This document shows, one piece after another, positions 48,546 through 55,060 of a stretch of 64,000 nucleotides of DNA. The notes beneath the pieces were generated by a model, which was not told where the DNA came from, made no database searches, and worked only from the letters and a program-made list of their open reading frames with translations. Within the stretch, counting starts at the first letter, position 1. Every line of letters starts with the position of its first letter. Made by a program: the position numbers and the translations under genes. The stretch lies in IMG/VR virus record IMGVR_UViG_3300043434_000266, positions 14,991 to 78,990 of that record, one strand, 5' to 3'. Source of the DNA: a virus.

Positions 48546-48920
48546 TTACTTTTGTTTTTGTTGTTCAACGATTTCAATTAGCTTGGTAAGACACGCAAGT
48601 TCTGCTTCTTCGTATGAATTTAACGGGTAAATTTCAATGAAACATTCGCCTGTAATCGTGTTCCAAATATCATAAGACTGGTGAGTTGGTACTCCAACTA
48701 ACTCATATTTCTCTCTAAACCATCTAAATGCTTGTTGGTAGAGTGGGGCTGATACTGAATCAGTATTATTAAGATGATATGTATTCATTGTATCAAATCT
48801 TACTTCATCAATACCTAACATATAATTACCATTATCATTATACCAAGCAAAACAAGGTTCATCAAATCCAAGTGCTTTGAGTTTAACCGCCAACTCGTAG
48901 GGTACAAATTCTTTTTGCAT
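48546..48920 (-). CDS. Hypothetical protein
   Basis: KEFVPYELAVKLKALGFDEPC..APLYQQAFRWFREK..SYEEAELACL. Confidence 0.7.
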   Translation of the reverse strand: MQKEFVPYELAVKLKALGFDEPCFAWYNDNGNYMLGIDEVRFDTMNTYHLNNTDSVSAPLYQQAFRWFREKYELVGVPTHQSYDIWNTITGECFIEIYPLNSYEEAELACLTKLIEIVEQQKQK

Positions 48921-48921
48921 A

Positions 48922-49599
48922 TTAATAAATGTATTTACCACAAGCCACTTGTTGACCTTGTGAGTTGGTTGTTGTTTTGATTTTAAATGTTGGGCCGTGC
49001 AAAAATCCTTTACCTTGCTCTCTTATCTCATCAACACTCATACTTTCCGTTTCAAATTCTATGTGAGTAGGCATTTTGGGTTGTGAGAGAGAAGTGATTA
49101 ATTTATCTTCAAGTTCTTTTGAATATTGACCTCTATCAACACCTAAAAGAAAAGATTTCATAATCATAAATCTCACATCCTCCTCAGTAAACTTGTACTT
49201 CTCTCTTGCTTTGTTGTAGCCATTCATATAACCTTTAAAAACACCAAATTGCTCGTCACTCGTTTTAACATTAAAATGATTTTGATAATCATTGAATAAG
49301 TAATCTTTAGCCATCTTCTCAACATCATCCTCAAGTGATGGAAGTAGTGGTACTCCTTCAAGTATTGGTGAGTTGTTAAGTGGTAGGTGAGCAATGATTT
49401 TTTTACAATTATCTTTATAAGTTGCATATCCATTTAAGGAATCACCAACCCAAATATCTTCATTGCTCATATCATTGTCGTAATCAGATTTCATTTGCAT
49501 TACATCTTCATCATTTACAATTAACCAATCACCTTCTTTAATCTCTGAATCATCTACAACAAGTAGATATTCAGGTGTTTTAATTAGTTCTTTTTTCAT
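48922..49599 (-). CDS. Hypothetical modular protein
   Basis: 225 aa; CKKIIA, YKFTEEDV. Confidence 0.7.
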   Translation of the reverse strand: MKKELIKTPEYLLVVDDSEIKEGDWLIVNDEDVMQMKSDYDNDMSNEDIWVGDSLNGYATYKDNCKKIIAHLPLNNSPILEGVPLLPSLEDDVEKMAKDYLFNDYQNHFNVKTSDEQFGVFKGYMNGYNKAREKYKFTEEDVRFMIMKSFLLGVDRGQYSKELEDKLITSLSQPKMPTHIEFETESMSVDEIREQGKGFLHGPTFKIKTTTNSQGQQVACGKYIY

Positions 49600-49706
49600 T
49601 TTTGTCTGTCTTTAGGGTTCCAAAACATTAAATATAATAATGCTCCTGTTGAAAGAGCAAACAGTATATAATATACTGCTGTAGCTACTGCGTTAACTGT
49701 TTCCAT
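49596..49706 (-). CDS. 36-aa single-TM peptide (not in ORF track)
   Basis: METVNAVATAVYYILFALSTGALLYLMFWNPKDRQK; ATGA overlap; leader AAACTTAAACTT resembles that of the 49966 gene. Confidence 0.55.
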   Translation of the reverse strand: METVNAVATAVYYILFALSTGALLYLMFWNPKDRQK

Positions 49707-49717
49707 AAGTTTAAGTT

Positions 49718-49966
49718 TTACATGTTACGGATATCCATATCCTGAATTTCTTTGTTTAAGTCTATTATATCACATTTTAGTTCCTCTATCTCAGAGAATA
49801 AAGGTTCTTTTGCTTCCTCTACAGCATCAAGTACAAACTTATCAATACAACTAGTACATGGTTCAACTGATAATATTACGGGTGATCCATTATTATACCT
49901 TGCTACATGAGAACCTTCAATGCTTAAATGACTACCACAACTAGAACATTCTATTTCTATTTCCAT
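49718..49966 (-). CDS. Small Zn-finger/coiled-coil protein
   Basis: CSSC...CTSC. Confidence 0.65.
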   Translation of the reverse strand: MEIEIECSSCGSHLSIEGSHVARYNNGSPVILSVEPCTSCIDKFVLDAVEEAKEPLFSEIEELKCDIIDLNKEIQDMDIRNM

Positions 49967-49985
49967 AAGTTAAGTTTTAAGTTTA

Positions 49986-50879
49986 CTAAAAGATATAACG
50001 TATTGTGTTCCAAGGTATTAGCAACTCATGTAAACACTTAAACTGATATATGTAATCAGCTTTTAGTTTATGGTTGTACCTTATATTTAACTGACCATTA
50101 CTAGAGATCTTGTTCTCTTGTATGTCAGGTCTCCATAGTAGATCTTCTCCGGGTATCCCATTAGCAAGATTATACTCATGCTTCTTCTCATTATGTGTGA
50201 GAAAGATAACTTCTGATCTTATATCATGAGTTTTCTTATACAAGGGAAATACAATCTTATCTACAAGCATAAACAAATCCCGGTAATCTTCTAACCAAGT
50301 ATCAGTAACTATAACAGGACTGAAGTTAATATGTACATTGTAACCATACTTTATAAAGTCATTAATAGCATATATTCTCTCCTCTATAGGACTAGTGTTA
50401 GGTTCTAGTATATCCGCATACTTCTGCGGCATTAAACTAAATCTGATACGGGTTCTGTCAGGATGTACATTTAAATGTGATAAGTCATAGTTTACATATT
50501 TAGTAGCAAATGAGAACAGCATACCATTACCTTTTGGGTAACTAAATATCTTCTCTAGGTCATAATACTTAGCATGTAAAGCAAGATCTTCACTTACACC
50601 TATGTCATAGGTTACTCTTGTATCATGAGTTTGATTAGGTTTGTTAGCAGCAATCCATCCAGACTGAACAAGAATATCTTGATGCTTACCTACAGCATCT
50701 AATACATCATCTACATTTTTTGCAATCTGTAATCCGGTAGGTCTATGTCTTTTCATGTAGCAGTAACTGCAGTTGAATAGACACCCGTGACCAAAACTAG
50801 GAGCAATGAAGTCAGTGCTTCTCCCGGATTCAGTAATCTTAAGTTGCCGTCTGGTAACCTCTTTTACTAAACCATTCAT
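49986..50879 (-). CDS. Spore photoproduct lyase family radical SAM protein
   Basis: GCLFNCSYCY, FATKY, RIRFSLMP, VHINFSPVI, ends IRYIF. Confidence 0.85.
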   Translation of the reverse strand: MNGLVKEVTRRQLKITESGRSTDFIAPSFGHGCLFNCSYCYMKRHRPTGLQIAKNVDDVLDAVGKHQDILVQSGWIAANKPNQTHDTRVTYDIGVSEDLALHAKYYDLEKIFSYPKGNGMLFSFATKYVNYDLSHLNVHPDRTRIRFSLMPQKYADILEPNTSPIEERIYAINDFIKYGYNVHINFSPVIVTDTWLEDYRDLFMLVDKIVFPLYKKTHDIRSEVIFLTHNEKKHEYNLANGIPGEDLLWRPDIQENKISSNGQLNIRYNHKLKADYIYQFKCLHELLIPWNTIRYIF

Positions 50880-50891
50880 AAGATAATAGTT

Positions 50892-51140
50892 TTATTTCCA
50901 ACCTAACTGTTGGAGTACTTCAGCGTACGGAGTATATATCATGAAATACTCCCCACTTTTTAGATATACAAAAGATAAATCAGGATTGATATGTTCTTCA
51001 TCATCCTCAGCATGTTGTCTAACTGCAGTAATATCATCAATATTTATACATATCTCAGCATGAATAATATGTTCTACTCCTGTGATGTCAGATAGCTTAG
51101 TATTATTAAGATCTATCTTTGTTTTTAAGATGTTTTTCAT
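50892..51140 (-). CDS. Hypothetical protein
   Basis: 82 aa; INIDDITAVR..VYLKSG. Confidence 0.65.
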   Translation of the reverse strand: MKNILKTKIDLNNTKLSDITGVEHIIHAEICINIDDITAVRQHAEDDEEHINPDLSFVYLKSGEYFMIYTPYAEVLQQLGWK

Positions 51141-51155
51141 CAGTTTTTAAGTTTG

Positions 51156-51234
51156 TAGAGAAGACAGGATTCGAACCTGTATGTAGTGAGCCTTATATAA
51201 GACTTACTATGCGTAACCATTCCGCCACTTCTCT
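51156..51234 (-). ncRNA. tRNA-like RNA A (Leu-type D arm, non-canonical anticodon arm)
   Basis: Acceptor AGAGAAG/CTTCTCT, D arm TGGCGGAATGGTTACGC, T arm ACAGG-TTCGAAT-CCTGT; middle arm is an 11-bp stem (one mismatch) with a 4-nt loop. Confidence 0.75.
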
Positions 51235-51239
51235 ATGTT

Positions 51240-51279
51240 GCTTGTCTTTCCAAGCTGTCAGTTGTCTTTTCCAACGTCA
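51240..51279 (-). repeat. Two tandem TGAC-stem-GAAAGA-stem hairpins
   Basis: TGACGTTGGAAAAGACAAC and TGACAGCTTGGAAAGACAAGC. Confidence 0.65.
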
Positions 51280-51303
51280 CTCAATCTTCCCTCATGAGTG
51301 GGT

Positions 51304-51321
51304 TGCAGTCAGGACAGGATT
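51304..51321 (-). pseudogene. 3' remnant of a tRNA-like element (B)
   Basis: AATCCTGTCCTGACTGCA; its AA forms part of the HNH stop codon. Confidence 0.65.
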
Positions 51322-51727
51322 ACTTCTTTTTTAATCCTTCCCTATATCTTTTAACCATCATGTTATTGATAGCTTTACATTCTTTACATCTACACCCTCT
51401 AAGATATGCGCCTCTGCTTGGGTGTTTTTTTAATTTATCACCGTTACTTCCATTTATAATTCTTCCTTTTGTAACAGCATCTTGATGGTTATCTTTAGCT
51501 GTTCCTAAAAATAAATGATTAGGATTTACGCATTTTCTATTATCACAAGTGTGACATACATACATTCCATTAGGAATTACACCATTATGTAATTCATAAG
51601 ATATACGATGTGCATCTACAACTTTACCATTAAGTTTAAATGCACCATATCCTGTCTTACCTCTTAATCCTGCTGTCCATAACCAACAAGTATCAGTTTT
51701 ATCTACTTTATCAAAAAACCTTTCCAT
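51320..51727 (-). CDS. HNH homing endonuclease
   Basis: [35 protein letters not shown]; C-terminal GCRCKEC; start moved to MERFF. Confidence 0.92.
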   Translation of the reverse strand: MERFFDKVDKTDTCWLWTAGLRGKTGYGAFKLNGKVVDAHRISYELHNGVIPNGMYVCHTCDNRKCVNPNHLFLGTAKDNHQDAVTKGRIINGSNGDKLKKHPSRGAYLRGCRCKECKAINNMMVKRYREGLKKK

Positions 51728-51747
51728 ATACTCATATTTTGTAGTCA

Positions 51748-51755
51748 CAAATATA
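51748..51755 (-). promoter_or_regulatory. Bacteroidota -7 box (TATATTTG) upstream of HNH
   Basis: TTCG-TATATTTG about 20 nt before the ATG. Confidence 0.6.
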
Positions 51756-51819
51756 CGAACCTTTTTATTAAAAGTCAAGAGATGAAGGAAATATTTCTAT
51801 TTCCCTCATACATCTTGCT

Positions 51820-51891
51820 CAGTCGAGGACAGGATTCGAACCTGTATCTCCCGCGTTTTCCATAGGGTGTTTCCACTTACACCACCTGACT
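51820..51891 (-). ncRNA. tRNA-like RNA C (non-canonical anticodon arm)
   Basis: Acceptor AGTCAGG/CCTCGACT (one bulge), D stem GTGT/ACAC, canonical T arm; weak middle stem with a GAAAA loop. Confidence 0.7.
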
Positions 51892-51896
51892 ATGTT

Positions 51897-51917
51897 CCTC
51901 GTCTTTCCGAGGTGTCA
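51897..51917 (-). repeat. Third TGAC-stem-GAAAGA-stem hairpin
   Basis: TGACACCTCGGAAAGACGAGG, 5 nt upstream of RNA C (same spacing as for RNA A). Confidence 0.7.
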
Positions 51918-52044
51918 TTACTTACCTTGCAGTGAGCCGTGTTCCCTATTATTCAGAGACCAATACCACCCGTTTTATACTCTTGGTAGGCAGAGTCGAT
52001 GTTGGAGCATCGGTGAAGTTAACCTTTGTCACGATTAACTTTTG

Positions 52045-52181
52045 TAGTCAGGACAGGTTATAACCCTGTACGATAACACTCACTGGAAAGGCTATAACAG
52101 GTGGTCCTGCTTATACCTTAGGTAATCCTCTTATGTGTTATCTATCTTACCCCCTTAGCGTCTTTATTCCGCCACCTGACT
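52045..52181 (-). ncRNA. tRNA-like RNA D with a large insertion replacing the anticodon arm
   Basis: Acceptor AGTCAGG/CCTGACT, D arm TGGCGGAATAAAGACGC, T stem ACAGG/CCTGT, internal GATAACAC/GTGTTATC stem; 137 nt. Confidence 0.7.
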
Positions 52182-52186
52182 ATTTG

Positions 52187-52273
52187 TGGAGCACCTTGGA
52201 GTCGAACCAAGAGGGCTTAGGCAACTAAATCCTAATTATAGGTAACCCTACCACGTTTTCTATTCTGTGCCCC
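52187..52273 (-). ncRNA. Ala-identity tRNA-like RNA E resembling a tmRNA tRNA-like domain
   Basis: GGGGCAC/GTGCTCC-A with G3:U70; T arm CTTGG-TTCGACT-CCAAG; no D stem. Confidence 0.7.
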
Positions 52274-52278
52274 AATTT

Positions 52279-52397
52279 GAGGATGAGAAGTCCTCTGTGT
52301 TGTGTAACTTGTGTTTCGTGGTGTCTAACACTGACTGGGCAAACCAAGCTCTAGTAGTTACCTTACATTCTTCATCATTTCTCAAGGGAACAACACA
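52279..52397 (-). ncRNA. Candidate pseudoknotted RNA F
   Basis: TGTGTTGT/ACAACACA stem; GAGGA-CTTCTCA-TCCTC hairpin whose loop complements TGAGAA. Confidence 0.5.
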
Positions 52398-52512
52398 TAC
52401 ACCCGACTTTAGCTTGGTGTTAGCTACTTGCAATAGTGGATATCACACCTGCAAGGTACTCTCCATAGTGTGCATTGTTAAGAGGCTTGGAGGTTCAATT
52501 TTAATTACTATC

Positions 52513-52677
52513 TCATTGTTTAAAATGTGCATAAAATCCTACATAAACTAGTGTTAATAAAGCAGCTAAACAAACAAAAGTTAAAGTAAGTGGGTAAGTT
52601 ATAATTAACCAGCACCATACAGCTACTACTGCTATTGCTCCTAGTGTTGCTAATAGTGCTTTAATGTGTTGTTTCAT
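52513..52677 (-). CDS. 54-aa two-TM membrane protein (not in ORF track)
   Basis: MKQHIKALLATLGAIAVVAVWCWLIITYPLTLTFVCLAALLTLVYVGFYAHFKQ; ATGA overlap. Confidence 0.65.
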   Translation of the reverse strand: MKQHIKALLATLGAIAVVAVWCWLIITYPLTLTFVCLAALLTLVYVGFYAHFKQ

Positions 52678-53192
52678 TCTGTTTCTTTTAAGTAAAGTTC
52701 ATAAATCTCTTCTATTGTAAGAAGATTGTCTGTTATAAGAGTGTTAGCATAAACATTACTTCCGTCTGTACTGTCAAAGCAATCCCAATCAGATGACTTA
52801 AACCATTCTGCAAATTTTAGTATATTACTATGCTTATCTTTTATGATTAATTCATCATCAGTTAAACCACAGTCACACTCCTCCATACCGCAATCATCGC
52901 ATACTAACATGGTTGATTCATCATTTTTAATAATATCATCTATCTCCCTATTAAACTCTTCAGATGTAATAGAATCAAGATGTTTTTTAAGATTATCAAG
53001 TATTGGCGTTTGTGTTGGAGCTGAAATAATTTTATGATGGTTTGGATTACTAAAATCCACTACACAATCACATGTTTTTCCGAGTTGCTTTTTTTCTATT
53101 AAGAAAGCTTGTTCAATAACTTTTTGTTCATGTTCGAGTGGTTCATTTTTCCAAATTTGGCTTACTAACCATTCTACTGCTGATTGTTTCAT
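52674..53192 (-). CDS. Modular hypothetical protein
   Basis: MKQSAVEWL..EQAFLIEKKQ; CDDCGMEECDC; KFAEW. Confidence 0.65.
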   Translation of the reverse strand: MKQSAVEWLVSQIWKNEPLEHEQKVIEQAFLIEKKQLGKTCDCVVDFSNPNHHKIISAPTQTPILDNLKKHLDSITSEEFNREIDDIIKNDESTMLVCDDCGMEECDCGLTDDELIIKDKHSNILKFAEWFKSSDWDCFDSTDGSNVYANTLITDNLLTIEEIYELYLKETE

Positions 53193-53545
53193 ACCTCGTT
53201 AGTGATTTTAATTGTTTTGATGTATGTACCATCTTTTGCAATCGTATCTTTTGCTGCTTTTTCAGATTCGTGACAACTTCCTAACCATATACAATCCCCT
53301 TCTTGATATACATTAACCCACCCTTCAATAACTTTTGGAGCCATGAATAGGTCTAAATGAGAGTTACCACCAGTAGTATACGCTTTACCATTTTTACACC
53401 AATGTATTATTTGATCTTTTAAAACACCCACTAAAGGGTAATCAGTAATTGATGCATTAAACAAATGTAATTGAGTAACCTCCTCTCCAATTCTGGTTAC
53501 AACAGGTTCTCCTGCTAATGCTTTTTCTAAATTAAACGGTTTCAT
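53189..53545 (-). CDS. Hypothetical phage protein
   Basis: Start moved to MKPFNLEKALAGEPVVTR; DLFMAP..EGWVNVY. Confidence 0.7.
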   Translation of the reverse strand: MKPFNLEKALAGEPVVTRIGEEVTQLHLFNASITDYPLVGVLKDQIIHWCKNGKAYTTGGNSHLDLFMAPKVIEGWVNVYQEGDCIWLGSCHESEKAAKDTIAKDGTYIKTIKITNEV

Positions 53546-53547
53546 AG

Positions 53548-53754
53548 TTAGTCCTCCAAATCTATTACATACATAATTTGTTTTCTCCAGAATATCGCTG
53601 AAGGTAATGCAGCAATACCATAAAATAAAGCAGCACCCCATAGTTTCCAACCAAACTCAGTTTCACTATTATAAGTAATAGCTCCTCATACTGCTATGAA
53701 TTCTAATACCGACATGATGGTAAACAGGATAATTGTCTTAAAAAAGTTTTTCAT
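53548..53754 (-). pseudogene. Two-TM membrane protein gene with an in-frame TGA at codon 23
   Basis: MKNFFKTIILFTIMSVLEFIAV*GAITYNSETEFGWKLWGAALFYGIAALPSAIFWRKQIMYVIDLED; ends 2 nt before the next start. Confidence 0.6.
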
Positions 53755-53798
53755 AATTTTTAGTTTTTAATCTGTTCAGTAAAATGCTTTAAAAATGT

Positions 53799-53904
53799 GC
53801 AGTACAGAACCCAGTGCTATTGCGCACCAGGATTATGCGCATCTGACCTGGACTTTTGCTCAACTGGGGCGACTAGGAGCTACCTAGTCTGCTATCTGCA
53901 CTGC
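53799..53904 (-). ncRNA. Candidate pseudoknotted structured RNA
   Basis: Stems GCAGTGCAGA/TCTGTACTGC, GACTAGG/CCTAGTC and CCCAGT/ACTGGG, plus crossing CCAGG/CCTGG and TGCGCA/TGCGCA; strand inferred from context. Confidence 0.6.
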
Positions 53905-53909
53905 GTTTT

Positions 53910-54188
53910 TTACCAAACAATGATAACCATCTGCTCAGGTACTACGAAATAGAGTTTGCTTTCTATTTCAATAACCTCACAGTTGGTAATACCCATACCG
54001 GTATAAACTAAATCACCAGGTTTAATGCTGGTAACTTCAGTTCCTACTGCAGCAACAGGTAACTTGTTTAGTGTCTTTACAAACTCAATAGCTGCTTCTT
54101 GTTCAGCTTCAGGAGTTAATTCAATAAGAGATTTTGGTCTTTCTGGTCTCTCAACCAAGATGCGTTTACCGCGTAGTTCTTTAAACAT
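53910..54188 (-). CDS. GroES-like co-chaperonin
   Basis: LRGKRILVE..VAAVGTEVTSIKPGDLV..IEIESKLYFVVPEQMVI. Confidence 0.7.
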   Translation of the reverse strand: MFKELRGKRILVERPERPKSLIELTPEAEQEAAIEFVKTLNKLPVAAVGTEVTSIKPGDLVYTGMGITNCEVIEIESKLYFVVPEQMVIIVW

Positions 54189-54209
54189 AGTAGTTGGTTT
54201 ATTATTAAA

Positions 54210-54217
54210 CAAATATA
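54210..54217 (-). promoter_or_regulatory. Bacteroidota -7 box (TATATTTG)
   Basis: About 21 nt upstream of the GroES-like ATG. Confidence 0.55.
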
Positions 54218-54225
54218 GTGAAGAA

Positions 54226-54528
54226 TTACAACACTGCAACTTCTTCTTTACTAGTAACAGTTTCTTCTACTTCATCATCTTGAAGTTCACGGAATCTCCA
54301 TGCAGCAAATCTAGGTTCTATAACTCTACCCCACTTAGGTAAATAGAGTGTAGGATTAACTATTTCTTCTAGGAGAACCCCATCAACTATACCGTCATTG
54401 TCATCAAACTCACGGATAGTATACTTCTGATCTAACTTAACCCAGTTAGGACAGTATCTAGGTTGCCATGACGCAACATCAGGATTCATAGAATCATCTA
54501 TACATATAACTCTTGTACCAGGTCTCAT
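54226..54528 (-). CDS. Hypothetical protein
   Basis: GTRVICIDD..YTIR..LLEEIVNP..FAAWRF. Confidence 0.7.
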   Translation of the reverse strand: MRPGTRVICIDDSMNPDVASWQPRYCPNWVKLDQKYTIREFDDNDGIVDGVLLEEIVNPTLYLPKWGRVIEPRFAAWRFRELQDDEVEETVTSKEEVAVL

Positions 54529-54774
54529 TTACCATGAAGGCTCATTGGTTACACAGAAGTCAGAACCTACAGGTGCATTCATCCATACATCTTGATCAAA
54601 GCACCAAGTTTTCTTGTTACCTGAACAGCTGTTGCGGATCTCTAACCAGTAGCATCCATTGTCTACACCGTCATTAGCAACTGTACCACAGTTACATTTT
54701 TGTTCTTCTTCTTCTTTCTTACAAGCTACTAGTATACTAGCAACAAGCATAATAAATAATAATGTCTTTTTCAT
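54529..54774 (-). CDS. Cys-rich lipoprotein
   Basis: Signal peptide, lipobox LVAC, then KKEEEE. Confidence 0.75.
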   Translation of the reverse strand: MKKTLLFIMLVASILVACKKEEEEQKCNCGTVANDGVDNGCYWLEIRNSCSGNKKTWCFDQDVWMNAPVGSDFCVTNEPSW

Positions 54775-54778
54775 AATT

Positions 54779-55060
54779 TTAAGCGTTATCTGTTTCTGTT
54801 TCTGGAAATTTCACACGTAACCCGTAACCAAGTAAAAACCAAGAAGCTTGTTTATCAGCATCCGTAGTTCTATACTTACAGGTTCTTTTTAAATAGTCGG
54901 TAGCCCATTGCTTGAATTTACACTGTTGGGTGTAACTCCAGGTATATTTATCATACCAGGAACTAGTATCATCTTTCACATCATCATATGTAAGATTATA
55001 ACCAGCAGCAATAAACATAGCGTCTATCATATCCTTGAGGATTTCATCACTCTTTTTCAT
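54779..55060 (-). CDS. Hypothetical protein
   Basis: WYDKYTW..F..W..WFLLGYGL. Confidence 0.7.
   Translation of the reverse strand: MKKSDEILKDMIDAMFIAAGYNLTYDDVKDDTSSWYDKYTWSYTQQCKFKQWATDYLKRTCKYRTTDADKQASWFLLGYGLRVKFPETETDNA

Noticed and set aside
52045-52181. Group I or II intron in element D
   Set aside because: The insert is only about 90 nt and has no recognisable catalytic core.
51156-52273. Calling the elements ordinary tRNAs with assigned anticodons
   Set aside because: No element has a 5-bp stem with a 7-nt loop at the anticodon position.
51150-52400. CRISPR array
   Set aside because: The repeats are tRNA arms with irregular spacing, and no cas genes are present; the PD-(D/E)xK genes fit phage nucleases.
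53546-53650. N-terminal extension of the ORF-track gene 53189..53650
   Set aside because: It overlaps the TGA-interrupted membrane gene in another frame; the ATG at 53545 fits better.
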